A DNA stretch of 59,138 nucleotides, counting the filler, from Squatina squatina (lineage: Eukaryota): the NCBI GenBank assembly GCA_031763465.1. It is 4 parts of 4 records of this genome, joined end to end, with 100 filler letters (N's around TTAATTAATTAA, not from the genome) between each part and the next. Parts side by side here need not be neighbours in the genome. Positions count along the whole stretch, not along the records: positions 1 to 17,273 come from JARFOE010000013.1; positions 17,374 to 30,111 come from JARFOE010000222.1; 2 more parts are not named here. One strand, written 5' to 3'. Shown one piece after another: positions 11,567 through 23,823 of the stretch; the first letter of the stretch is position 1, and each line of letters begins with the position of its first letter. Position numbers and translations under genes: made by a program. The notes below the pieces were generated by a model that was not told where the DNA came from, searched no databases, and was given only the letters and a program-made list of their open reading frames with translations.

Positions 11567-11817
11567 AGCCCCTTGAGTCTGATCATTCTATTAGATCATG
11601 GCTGACCTGTATCTTCACTCCATTTACACGCCTTGGTTCCATAACCCTTAATACCCTTACCTAACGGAAATCTACCAATCTCAGCTTTGAAATTTTGCAT
11701 TAGCCCCCATCCACAACAGTTTTAGGGGAGAGAGTTCCAGATTTCCACTACCCTTTGTGTGAAGACGTGCTTCCTGATATCGCCCCTGAATGGTCAAGTG
11801 TTAATTTTGAGGTTATG
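11567..11817 (-). mobile_element. CR1 LINE 3' end fragment
   Basis: GATCATGGCTGA...CCATAACCCTTAATACCC...GAGTTCCAGATTTCCACTACCCTTTGTGTGAAG is the reverse of the CR1 FTQRVVEIWNSL/KGY terminus. Confidence 0.85.
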
Positions 11818-12079
11818 TGTTTGAAAGGAGAAAAGGCCAAATATTGAAAAGTCGGTAACAGGACATCAATTAATCTCTTACCTTAGAGAAACCAAGGACT
11901 TGACACACTGTGTCTTTGAAACAATGGGAATTAATTTGACAAATAGGCACAAAATTAAACTCCTGCCCAGTTAAAGGAGTCACGAACATCGGAAATGAAC
12001 CCCCACTGTCAGAATGAACATGGTTCAGTCCTGGATGTGATTAACAGCAACAATAACAGCAGAATCCAACCCCCTGCAG

Positions 12080-12259
12080 TCACTTGTGAACTCGCTGGTG
12101 TTTCAGCAGGCTGGATGACTGAGTGAATCCCTTCCCTCACATGGAGCAGATGAATGACCTCCCCCTAGTGTGAGTGCATTGGTGTGTCAGCAATTTGGAA
12201 GACTGAGTGAATTCCTTTCCACACATGGAGCAGGAGAGCAGTCTCTCCCCAGTCTGACT
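12080..12259 (-). pseudogene. C2H2 zinc-finger gene fragment (last two fingers) with in-frame stop
   Basis: Manual translation: [58 protein letters not shown]. TGA at 12139-12137 replaces a zinc-ligand Cys. Confidence 0.9.
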
Positions 12260-12319
12260 ACGGGTGGGATGAACATGTAGCTGGATGTCAGACAGGCAGA
12301 AAGCCTATTGAGAAGGTGA

Positions 12320-12560
12320 TGGTGGGCCTTCTTCCTGACCTGTTGCAGTCCGTGTGGTGAAGATTATCCCACAATGCTGTGAGGTAGGGAGTTACAGGAT
12401 TTTCATCCAGTGATGATGTTGGATCAACGATACATGTCCAATTCAGGAGGGGACTGTGGAGGTGGTGGTGTTCCCATGCACCTGCTGCCCTTGTCCTTCT
12501 AGGTGGTAGAGGTTGTGGGTTTGGGATGTCCTGTCAAAGTTTTCGCTGAGTCGCTGATGT
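12320..12560 (-). mobile_element. LINE 3' fragment (CR1/L2 superfamily, second family)
   Basis: Reverse complement of the repeat at 27780-27990 (shared CCACCTAGAAGGACAAG.GCAGCAGGTGCATGG). Confidence 0.7.
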
Positions 12561-12848
12561 ATAAAGTTCCTCTCCTTCGCCGCTCCCCCAGGCACCTCTC
12601 TCTCTCTCTCTCCTCCCTTAGAGGCCAGAATCTTGTGTATGCCCAGACCAGCTGCCAAGTTCCCTTCCCCGAGGATATTAGTGAACCAGCTGGGTTTTTA
12701 CAACAATCCGGCAGCTTTCATGGTCACTTTTATCTGCTGCCGGCCCCACAAATAACCAGATTCATTGAGCTCAATTTCACAACCTGCCTTTGTGTTTTTG
12801 TGGATTTCTCTCACCCTCCCTTTTTCCTGTTTCAAATTCATTTTACAG

Positions 12849-13503
12849 GGTGTTGGAAGGGGAGGGTTTGTCGATGTAAAACTCAATCCAAACATCACAC
12901 CAAGATCTGACAGAGTCACTCGATTCATCGGGACCGGAGTATCATCAGTCTTTGAACATGGAAGCAAAAAGCACTGTTCACAGTGGGGAGAAACCGTACA
13001 CGTGCTGTGTGTGTGGACGAAGCTTCAGACAATCCTCTGACCTGTCGAGACACCAACGAGTTCACACAGGGCAGAAACCATGGAAATGTGGGGACTGTGG
13101 GAAGGGATTCAGATCGCCGTCTGAGCTGGAAAAACATCGACGAGCTCACACTGGGGAGAAGCCGTTCACCTGCTTCGAGTGTGGGAAGGGATTCACTCAG
13201 TCACCCCACCTGCTGACACACCAGCGAGTTCACTCTGGAGAGAGGTCATTCACCTGCTCTGAGTGTGGAAAGGGATTCACTCAGTCATCCAGTCTACTGA
13301 GACACCAGGGAATTCACACTGGGAAGAGGCCATTCACCTGCTCTGAGTGTGGAAAGGGATTCACTAATTCATTCAGCCTTCTGAGACACCAAGGAATTCA
13401 TACTGGGGAGAGGTCATTCATCTGCTTTGAGTGTGGAAAGGGATTCACTCAGTCATCCAATATACTGAGACACCAGGGAGTTCAACACTGGGGAGAGGTC
13501 ATC
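12849..13503 (+). pseudogene. C2H2 zinc-finger array exon (6 fingers), probably disabled or truncated
   Basis: Polypyrimidine tract and AG at 12847-48; in-frame TAA at 12877-79; ATG at 12958 opens MEAKSTVHSGEKP plus five intact CxxC-x12-HxxxH fingers with TGE(K/R)P-like linkers. The sixth finger has a +1 insertion (GTTCAACACTGGG, about 13485) and the array then breaks off. A short protein from 12958-13605 is formally possible. Confidence 0.85.
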
Positions 13504-15012
13504 CTTCAGGGCCACACTGAGAGGGGCAAACGGCACTTTGGTCTTTCTCGTCTCTCTTCACGGACAGTAAACTCTCCATGTGGGTTAATCTTGAGGCTAG
13601 TATGAAATGTGTCCCAGCCACTCTCTTCTGTGGTTCAGAGCTCCTAGGCACGGAACAGAAGGCTCCTTTACAACTGTATTTAGAGGCAGGAAGTATAATG
13701 GTGAATGCTGGAAACGTGCTGTCAAATCAGAGATTGGTGTAAAACTGTGATCTGTTCCTGCCTGACTGTGAAACGGCAGGTTTAAGCTTCCAGTCTAAAA
13801 TCCAGTCATGGATATATGTCAAATAAATCTGCTTTGTTTGAAACACACAGTGCATTGAGTACTTGACGTCTCAAATAAGGGCAGACTAACCCACTTCCAG
13901 TTTGGGCCTTTTCTCGTGCATTACGTGCCCCATCTGTTCTGGGACACTGCAGGTTTTGCACACAGTGTTGAGCCAAGATGCCACCTCCTACCAAGGATGG
14001 CACACTTGTTTTGTGGGAGTGTCAACCAGGGCAGCCTTTCTCACACCCACCTCATGTCCGCTTTGCTAGGATCGGGTACTGCAAGGCCCTGCCACTTGCC
14101 TACAGGTTCTGCTTTGTGTCTCCACGTGCATTCATTTGCTTTTGGTCTGCCATTTATTTCCTTTCATACATCCTTTGGAAAGGCCAACATCTTTAGATGT
14201 TATTTTCAGTTTTTCGAAATGTTGAGTGCATATTTTGCCCCCTCCCCCATGCGGCCACCGTAAAGGGCCATCCCTTTAAATTTATCCTCTGCAGGCTGCT
14301 GGGTCATGCTAGATGGCTTGCCCGTACATCAATTATGCTCCCTGCGCTGAGGCCAATGTGTGTAGAGCGTATTCAGAATATTTACTTGAATTGATTTTGT
14401 GAATGCAGGTGCGATCAGCTCTTCATGCTTAATACAACATGGTTCCACTGCCACTAAATCAGCCCCATAATTAATTATTTTGTAATGTGTGATTGTTGCT
14501 ATGTCGAAAGAGAATGAGAAGGTGTAGAAATGCAAGTCTTGCGGTAGCGACAGGTATGGTCAAAATGCCTCCGAGGTTGCTGTACCCGTATTTGTTGGCA
14601 CCTCACGGACTTGTCATCCTCTCAATTATACAGCGCATTCGGAAGTCCCCAAAGGAAAACCCATTCTTACCCATTTGTTGCCACTTCAAAGGCAGAAACA
14701 GCCAAGAATAATGAAAGTATGGGAGGACGAACACAAATATGTATGAATGGAGGACTGCTCAGCAGAATTAAAAATGTAGCAAAGGGAACATAAACATGCA
14801 ACCCCTCTTCCTAAAAACAGTGACCTTTCCTCTAATCTTGAGAAGCCTGCTTCCACAGGCCAGGTCACATGCCTTCTTTGTGTTTTGAGGGCAGAGTTTT
14901 ATCCAAAGACGCGAACTTCAGCATCGGGCAGTTTATGGTACTATTGGAATATTAAATTGAGCCTGTGCCCAAATAGTTATGGTATGCCTGACATTCCCAT
15001 AAATTCCATGGA

Positions 15013-15162
15013 AAACATAGAAACATAGACGATAGGAGCAGGAGTAGGCCATTCGGCCCTTTGAGCCTGCTCCGCCATTCAATGAAATCATGGCTGATCA
15101 TCCAAATTCCTGCTTTCTCCCCATATCCCTTGCTCCCTTTAGCCTTAAGAGCTATCTCTAAC
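15013..15162 (-). mobile_element. CR1 LINE 3' end
   Basis: AAACATAGAAACATAGAC...GGAGCAGGAGTAGGCCATTCGGCCC, near-identical to 9227-9400; runs into a gap. Confidence 0.9.
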
Positions 15163-15262
15163 NNNNNNNNNNNNNNNNNNNNNNNNNNNNNNNNNNNNNN
15201 NNNNNNNNNNNNNNNNNNNNNNNNNNNNNNNNNNNNNNNNNNNNNNNNNNNNNNNNNNNNNN

Positions 15263-15571
15263 TCTGCTCAAATCCGGGGTCCCTGGTGGTCCAGTGGGCC
15301 CTGGATACCTCATCCAACAACAAGCTTGCGACCCTTGCCTTTAAGGCAGGGGGCAAGGCCATGGCTCACGCATGTGCGGTTGCGCAGGCAGCGTGGCTCA
15401 CACCACGCTGCTGGTGCAACCTGGATGTGACGCAGCATTAGTCAGGTCCCCACCGGGCTAGCGTTGACGCGTTACGCTGGCCCGAACCATCAACAAAGAG
15501 CCCAAGTCCGCGTCACTGTGCGTCGCAGTGACGGGGCGCACATTGGGCTACGGGGCCCCAAATTCAGCCTC
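15263..15571. mobile_element. GC-rich Harbinger-like MITE, right part
   Basis: GC-rich; shares CCCTT.CCTTTAAG with 2092-2868; ends in TIR-like AAATTCAGCC. Confidence 0.55.
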
Positions 15572-17063
15572 CCGTTTCGGGAGTATACCCACTCATTAGA
15601 CTTTTAAATGTGTTGTTCAGTTTCAAGTACTGGAAAATATGTTAAACAAGATATATGTTCAAAAAAATTTTGAGCATAATGGCAAAAGTGAGGACAGGCA
15701 TCATGAAAACCCAAATTTAAGCTTTCTGTTGTACTCTGACCACTGATCACATGGTGATTTTTAAATTTCTGTTTACGCACCTGCCTTTAATTTGTGTTGC
15801 CAGAATCAAATGGTAATTTTCATTAAAATGTCAAAAGTGAACGGCGATACTCAGCACAAATAAGATCTCGTACTGAGGGGAACCAGATTAACTTTATGGT
15901 TTATTATGGTAAGGTGCCGTGAGCTGTCAGCACACATGAATCAAACGAGGAGCTAGTTTGACTTCATCTGACTCAGCAGCAATTTCACAACCCGTAAAAC
16001 AAGACTTCCTATTGACATTTTCTTGTCGAACAATCGACCGAGTAACACAACAGAAAGAACAGACACACAAGAGCAAAAAGAGAAGTTCTTTTATTGGGAC
16101 TAATTAGAAGTTGAGTGCTGTTCAGATGGCATACACTCCTGTAGAATTGTGCCCAAATTGAGACTGAATGGACAATAACCTGGGTATTTAAAATGGAGTC
16201 TTGTCAAGCAAAATNNNNNNNNNNNNNNNNNNNNNNNNNNNNNNNNNNNNNNNNNNNNNNNNNNNNNNNNNNNNNNNNNNNNNNNNNNNNNNNNNNNNNN
16301 NNNNNNNNNNNNNNGCTAAGCACTTTGGGACATCCTGAGGTCATGAATATGAATGCAAGACATTTTTCTTTCTTTACATAATGCTGGAAATGGCCATAAG
16401 CAGCCTGTACATCACAATATTACACACTGTCTAATGTTAATGAAAATGGCATTGGCATCCTATTGCTGTCAAAGGACCACTATTTCCATATTTTAATAAG
16501 GCTCTGGCCGCATTTATGGATGGGCCCTGATCAAAATGACAGCAGGTGCAACAATAGTGGAAATGGAGCAGTAAGTTCTGCACCATAATTTTCATCACAC
16601 TACCAACCCATTTCCCCCTAAAAATAGGAAAGAAAACTGACCCTGTCATCTCTTGTTGCTTGACAGCCCTCCTCATGTGGGTCATGGGCTTCAGTTATTA
16701 AAAGTACAGTTTCAAAATTGTGCTTTGATTTTGATTTTCTTCCCTTGCTACATTTACACTGACCTTTCCAGGGCAGAACTCCAGTAACGTATACATAAAG
16801 AATCGCTTTTACAAAAAATACTTTGCAGTGATGTGCTAAGGGCAGCCTCTGACTGACCTTAAAACTGCTGACTTTCAAAAAACTTCGAATAGCACACTGG
16901 CTGGTAATTTCTCTAAGCTGTCTCTGAATGTCTTAGTCTGCTGAAATGGGATGTAAGTAGACAGATATTTTTAACCGGTTGATGTTGAAGTCATTGGAAA
17001 AATCAGGTAAAATACAGAACATATGGAAATCCAACCCACACTTGATAAAATTTAAAAATCTTT

Positions 17064-17273
17064 GGCCGTGGAATTAGGAGGTTTAGCGCTTGCCACTATG
17101 GCCGATTTTGCAGAAAAAGTAGCGGCTGCTTCCCTTCCACTCGCTTTCGGCGCAGAATGCGGTGACCCCCATTTTGGGTAGGCCAGCAGCGCTGCTGTTG
17201 CCTGTGCTCACCGCACACATATAAATGATGCAGATTGTGATGTCAGTTGGCGTACAATGCTTGAATTGACGTA
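17064..17273. mobile_element. Harbinger-like MITE, left part
   Basis: Starts GGCCGTGGAATT (TIR-like), CpG-rich, truncated by a gap. Confidence 0.4.
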
Positions 17274-17373
17274 NNNNNNNNNNNNNNNNNNNNNNNNNNN
17301 NNNNNNNNNNNNNNNNNTTAATTAATTAANNNNNNNNNNNNNNNNNNNNNNNNNNNNNNNNNNNNNNNNNNNN
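17274..17373. other. Artificial scaffold linker 44N-TTAATTAATTAA-44N
   Basis: 12-mer at 17318-17329 exactly centred in a 100-bp gap; palindromic, stops in all six frames; occurs identically three times. Confidence 0.97.
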
Positions 17374-20212
17374 TTTCCTTCGTTAAAGGGGAATGTCTTA
17401 ATGGTTTGGCAAACTTGAAGAAAGGAAAACTCAGATCTATGTCATTTTTTTCATGATGCAATCATTCACAAGTGATACAATGGAGTTTGTGCTTGATAAT
17501 TTTTTTTTTCTTTTGTTTTTGCAAACCTTTTCACATGCCTCTTTAACAGAGGATCCTGAAAAAAATGTTCGTACTTATACTTTTCTGATAAACCATAACC
17601 TCAAGCACAACTTACATTCTGAATTGTTCATTGGTTAAGGTTACACTACAATTTTCATAGCATCTGATAGTCATGAAGAATACTCGGTCTATCACTAATA
17701 CTAAAATGTTCCCAGAATTGCACCCCTTGTATGTATTTCTCTTGGTTCCATTCCTGTCAAATATTGTTACTAAGAAAAGGGGAATGTACAGTGTGTATAA
17801 AATAGCTGTTTACATGAATCTTTAGGCTTTTGTGGCAAATGCCATTTATTACCTCAAGAAATTCCCTACTTTTCAAAAGCCGATGTGTGCTGAATAATGT
17901 GTAATCTATACACACTCTGTCATGTCTGTTTTAATTAATTGCATATGTGGTAACATTTTTAACTCTAACATGCCAATAGGAACAGGAAACTGCAGCTTCT
18001 AAAGGCAGGATGGAGATTTTCCATTTTTTTTTCTGGCAGTGTGCAGTGATTGCCAATTGGTATAATCTATGTACGACCGTGGGCTGTTACAAAGCAGAGT
18101 TAGGAGCCGTTTGAGTTTTATGCTGAGCCACTGAATAAAGCACTTTAGATTGTCCTTGCCCTTCTTCTCCCCTCCCCCCTCAAGAGGAATTGGTAGTTGA
18201 CAGGTTTGCTGTGCCCTTTTTTAAGTCTCAAAATTTCCACCTTTTGGGCCTCTTATTAAGGGAGCATTGTCTTAATAAAAAATACACCATCATGTCACTC
18301 CTGCGTGATCTTGATCTAATATAAATGCATGGTTGTTCTGGCATTTATTCTCTCCCCAACAAAAATTATTGACAAACACTTTGGAAGAAAAATGCACCTG
18401 ACTTGCTGTCTTTCAGTTTCTCATTATTGTTTGGCTTCTCACTTTTTATATGAATTACCACTCACTGGATGATGCCAGGAGCTCAGCAGATTAGAAGATA
18501 TTCTGCAAGGGCCTCGGGTCAAATAAGCATTGGAGCATGTCCATTCAACTGGAGTATGACTGCTGCCATCTTTATAATGAAGAGTCTACTATTGTAGAAA
18601 ACTGAATTGGCCGTGGATATAGTTATGACTGTTTACCAGAGGTGGTGCATCAGGTGAGGCAAGTCCTGCACAGTTACCCACCCCTCCCCCACAAACGTCC
18701 AGCTACTTAAATTTAGATGTACTTAAATTTATCTGCCGCCTGATTTTCTTTTCATGTTTTACCAATGCAAGAGATAACGTCCCGTGTGAAAGTTCCCCGG
18801 ATTGATTTATTGGCCACTGCACTTCAGTCAACCCAGAGCAGGAAAATTTTACAAAGCTCTCTGGTGATACTCCAGTTAGGTTTCTTTCCGACAAAGTTTT
18901 AGTTGCTTTATTTCAGTCCAATCCTGGATGAAAAGGTTTCAAAGAAAACAACCACTGAATAATGCATTTAGGAAAAGATAATACACAGCTTAGAAGGTTG
19001 CTGATGGGATTCCACAAGTGGGGCCCATTGCCATAGTAACATGCTGGCTTGGTTAGGCATGTACAGCAGTGCCTTGCCTAACAAAAAAGAGTCACCTGCC
19101 ACCTACAGCAGTGGAATCCAAAGGGAGGATATTAAAACAAAATGTATTTCCTTAAGNNNNNNNNNNNNNNNNNNNNNNNNNNNNNNNNNNNNNNNNNNNN
19201 NNNNNNNNNNNNNNNNNNNNNNNNNNNNNNNNNNNNNNNNNNNNNNNNNNNNNNNNAGATGCCAGATCCCTATTGATTAGTCTTTCTTGGAATTACTTAG
19301 GCATTCTTACCTACAGGTTGCATCTTGCATCCATGTCAGTTGCAGTCAGATCAAAATTGTCACTAACTGATGCACCAAGACCGTTCAATTCTTAAAATCA
19401 TTGGGAATATAATCTCGCGTTTAAGATGTCAATCTGTGCAACCGATGTACTTGAACACTACAGCAATCTCTAAAACATACATAAAGATATGCCAGTGGTC
19501 ACCTGTGCTGTCTCTGCTTCAGCTATCCTAGTTAATTACATCATTGCTTGATAGTCTGCTGCTAACACAATCATTTCTACCACTTGGTTGTCCTTATTGA
19601 ACATCTTCACAAATGCATGTTTGTTAGTAATGTGGGCTTGACTGATTTACTTCATAAAGAGCCAAAAGAATAAAAAACCATTATTGAGCATGAAGTAATT
19701 ATCAAGATGGTATATTAAGCAAATCTGTATTTGAGCTAAGAAATGCTGAGCATTCTATAAGGTGTGGACAAACAGACCTCATTTTATTCATAGAGGGAAG
19801 GACAATTTAAAAGCCTCAATTGCTGTCTTCCTGCAGTTGCTCCATCTGAATCCTTACCAATCTTATCTCTTGTAACGTGTATGATCCTTTTTTATCCAGC
19901 CCTCTTTCATGCTCCCTGTACAATTATTATCTCTCTTCAAAAGAAAACTAAGTTTTTGTCTGAATATGTATATTGTATGTAGCTAGAGCAAGCAATGTTG
20001 AACAGAAGAGATTGGTTTATGCCACTGGAAGGTTATTTTCAACAGAGTTTCTGTGGCAGGAAATTATGGCCTGAAACCAGGGTTTTACCACATTGACTAA
20101 GATAGATCTGCACATGACCTGGCAGCTTTTTTTGTACAGTGAATTAAAACTATTTATGAGGTACTATGTACAAGAATCAAGCTCAACAAATCAACAGATT
20201 CAATGTAATTTT

Positions 20213-20218
20213 TTTATT
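20213..20218 (-). terminator. Candidate NUP50 polyadenylation signal
   Basis: AATAAA on the minus strand about 0.8 kb past the NUP50 stop (one gap in between). Confidence 0.35.
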
Positions 20219-21006
20219 ACAATTTTATGACATGAAATGAAAATCATGTGGCTTACAAGCAGTTAAAATGGACAGCTACAAGAGACTTTAGGGGAAATGA
20301 CAAAAATCCCAACAATAATTATTTCCCATCTGGCTGTGTTCAATTCTGTTCACCTGACATTTCCTACTTATTTTTTTCCATTTCCTTCATTGCACTTGTA
20401 GAGCCTTTTCAATCCAGTCATCGCTTTTTTAAATTCTGATTTGTTTTTTTCCTTCTTGCTCATTTTAGTTTCCAAGTTCTCCTAGTCTCATTACTTTATC
20501 TTATTTGACCACATCAGGTGTGAATCTCATATGCTTCTCTACCTTGTGAACAGAGCTATTCAATTGGCTTTTTGCGGGCGGGATGGGGAAAGAAAAGGAA
20601 ATTCCTACCGTAGTCCAATTATTAATGCAGCTTCAAATACTGCTGCTGCTTGGAGTTCAACTGGGAACCAGAAGAAATGAGTTTAGCAAGTCTGAATGTT
20701 AGCAGAGNNNNNNNNNNNNNNNNNNNNNNNNNNNNNNNNNNNNNNNNNNNNNNNNNNNNNNNNNTACAAAATGAGTTATCAATGCTGCTAAAAATCAGGT
20801 CAGGTCACAATTGTATGCAGAAAATAACTTCAGTACACGTAAAAAGGACAAAACCTAGGGATGACCAAGTTAGGATCAATGCACTGAAGTGCAATCTGCC
20901 TAACCACCATATTGTCCCTCAATCACTAACATTTAAAAAAAATGAGAATTAAAGACCCTAGCAGCAAGTTGGCAGAAATGCTTTACAATACTAAATTGAG
21001 CAAGAA

Positions 21007-21218
21007 TTACACTTGATGTGCAGCCTTTTTCTCAGTTATAATTTTGTGGAGCTCATCTGCATCTTGAGTGGTTTTCACGCGGATCAAAATTGGAATAGCA
21101 GTGTCAGGATTCTTCTCATCAATGGGAGGGTTGGGAATGCAGATGATGAGGATGTTGTTCTTTCCCGTCCTTGTACAAGGCAATGATGGATGAAGCATAA
21201 TGTTCAGTAAAATATTTC
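21007..21218 (-). CDS. NUP50: Nucleoporin 50, last coding exon (C-terminal Ran-binding domain)
   Basis: Acceptor AG at 21220-19, phase 1; (G)NILLNIMLHPSLPCTRTGKNNILIICIPNPPIDEKNPDTAIPILIRVKTTQDADELHKIITEKKAAHQV* matches the recalled human ...PCTRTGKNNVLIVCVPNPPIDEKN...LIRVKTSEDADELHKILLEKK. Confidence 0.96.
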
Positions 21219-21254
21219 CTGGTCAACAGAAAAAAAAAGTTGAAGTCTTTAAAT

Positions 21255-21520
21255 CATAGAATCTTGCTAGCCATTTCCTATAACCCTATTCCCCTGTACA
21301 TTTAAATTATTTTTCAAATATGTATCTACTTCTCTTTGAAAAGCAATTACAGATTCTGCTTCTATTGATTTTAATAGGCAATTTGATGGCTCAACACTCT
21401 AATTGTACATCTTAATTTACATTTATGCCCTCCGATTAATTACTTACTGACAAATGGAAATAGTTTTTCCCCCAATTACGCTCTCAAAACTCCAATATCT
21501 TTTAGATCTCCTAAACTAAA
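21255..21520 (-). mobile_element. Old CR1 3' fragment in NUP50 intron
   Basis: CATAGAATC tail-like start and GGAAATAGTTTTTCCCC motif shared with CR1 copies at 25670 and 50680. Confidence 0.55.
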
Positions 21521-21950
21521 NNNNNNNNNNNNNNNNNNNNNNNNNNNNNNNNNNNNNNNNNNNNNNNNNNNNNNNNNNNNNNNNNNNNNNNNNNNNNNNN
21601 NNNNNNNNNNNNNNNNNNNNAAAGGCTCCTGCAAGAAGTTCACCCAGTGCACTGCCTCGAACACTAAACTCCTGTCTGACATGTATCACTCTCAAAGCCC
21701 AAGAAGATCAATTTCAACATTCTACTTGTTTTTATTCCTATGCTCACTGCATTGCTGTAACATGTAGGCAACATCAAAATTTGGAAACTCTAAATCCTTC
21801 AATTTCCATTATCCATGGGGAGACAAGAGCTTCAATTATGGCTGATAGCAGAGATTTCATTGTACTGTAATAATTCAACTTTAGGACCGTTGAATTTATA
21901 TTTAATAAACCATGTTTATTTAAAGTAGTTATTTATAATCGCATCCATAC

Positions 21951-22571
21951 CTTTATGCTCACTGCCTTTTATGTCTTCTGGTTTTCCTGTAGATGCTGTG
22001 AAGGAAAAAGTTGGAGCAGCAGTCTTCTCTTGGTTCAGATCTTTTCCAAATAACGAGCCTGAAGTACCACCACTGAAAGAAAAGCCAGCTAAAGGAGTGT
22101 TTTCCACTTTTTTCCCGAAGAGGAAGCTGATGTTCCCACTATTTCCCAACGTAGTCTCAGGCTTTTTTTCTGAAGTGAGTGGAATAATATCCTTGCTTTT
22201 GACAGATGAGAATAAAGGTGATGGGGCTGTCCCCTGTGCAATACCAAATGTGTTGACAGATTGCATTTCTGGCCTCTTGCTGCTTGTGTCACTCTCTGAA
22301 CCACTGTCAGAGCTGCTGCCATATTTCTGCTCAATGCTTGTCAAATGCTTCTCATAATCCCGGAAGATTGGGGTCAAATCACAGAGCGGGTTCTCATTGA
22401 CATGTTTGGTGATCCAATCTCGGACCGAACAATTCAGTGCTGCGAGTTGTTTGTTGTACTCACTGCAGCCCACTTTACGCAGAGAATTAATTTGATCAAC
22501 ACCATTTGTTTTTGTACCTATTTCACCTTTCGCCAAGGAGTTTGAAGGAGGACCATTAGCCAGAAAAGAGC
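21951..22571 (-). CDS. NUP50: Nucleoporin 50, large central exon (621 bp, phase 1-1)
   Basis: AG at 22573-72, GT at 21950-49; open frame containing YNKQLAALNCSVRDWITKHVNENPLCDLTPIFRDYEKHL (conserved NUP50 block) and FG-type motifs (TFG, FLFG, SLFG). Confidence 0.96.
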
Positions 22572-23754
22572 CTATGAAATGGAAGTGAAATACTTAATTA
22601 GATTCAGTGAAACAAAACCTGTTAATTCGTTCTGAGCTTTCATCAGTCTTCAGTGATCAGAGCTTCCCGACAGCAGGAGCCCATCTCAAAATATATAAAG
22701 GCACATAGCATATTATGTGCAAAATGTACAGTCGCACACTACTTGTGTAAACAAGTGCAAAATTCCTTACAAATACCAGATCTATTTAATACTTTTGGAT
22801 TCCCCATCCTTCAAAACACATGGCATGCAACAATGAAAGTTTCAGCANNNNNNNNNNNNNNNNNNNNNNNNNNNNNNNNNNNNNNNNNNNNNNNNNNNNN
22901 NNNNNNNNNNNNNNNNNNNNNNNNNNNNNNNNNNNNNNNNNNNNNNNCAACACACATCATATATACTGCCCCCAACCAGAACATATAACAAACATATCAT
23001 TTAATTTGTGGCATGCTTTTCCAAATCCACAAAATTCTCTGTGCATTACTTTAAAAAAAACTCACTCTGCTGTGTACTATAACCTCAACAAAATTACTAT
23101 AGCATTATTTTAAAAGCCTCTTCAGATTTTCTTGAAGCCAGACTATGTTACTTACAAATATGGCCCTGTGTAGTATTCAGATTTCAAGAGGTACTGCAGT
23201 ACTCGACTGAATGGGTCTTTGACTGCTATACCGCAACAGTGGTGAGAAAAACAAAATTCACATGACATATACCTAAAGTTGCAAAAGATGAATTTGCTGC
23301 AGCAGTGAAGTGCAAATATGAAGACTGCATTGCTTAGTTTTTTTTGCAGGATTAAAAATAAATCCCACTGCACTTCTACTCTACAACTCCACATATGTCT
23401 ACCATTCTTCAAGGGTTATTTTTCAATGATAGCAAGTAGAAATAGGGGCATTCTGAAAGTTACTGCTTTCCCTAAACCAATCAAATTAGATAGACATACA
23501 CCCTGCAAACAGCAGATACAGAACCATCTTAAACCTTTTCCGACTTTGCTTCACCTCCTTACCAGTTGGCAATGCACCAATCTGGCATGTAGATTCTGGT
23601 TCAGTTTATCCTCTCCTTCCCGTCATTTAACATGTTACAGTAGCACAGAGAACTGCTGCTCATCACTCAACCAAACACCCCACCCTCCAAAAGAACTTGC
23701 ATTCTAGCATGACAAGTTAACAACATTCATCACTAATAGAAACTGTATACACAC

Positions 23755-23823
23755 CTCTTCAGATTCTTCTTCCTGATCCCAATTCCGGTCAGTTAGTTCC
23801 TTGTCTGCAGTTCTCTTTGCCAT
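23755..23823 (-). CDS. NUP50: Nucleoporin 50, first coding exon (importin-alpha-binding N-terminus)
   Basis: MAKRTADKELTDRNWDQEEESEE then GT donor at 23754-53; acceptor AG at 23835-34 leaves 10 nt of 5'UTR; matches the recalled MAKRNAEKELTDRNWDQEDEAEE. Absent from the ORF track (too short). Confidence 0.96.

Noticed and set aside
17318-17329. TTAATTAATTAA as a biological motif (homeodomain site or piggyBac TTAA target)
   Set aside because: Exactly centred in N runs three times; synthetic linker.
21971-22357. 128-aa plus-strand ORF
   Set aside because: Antisense shadow of the NUP50 central exon.
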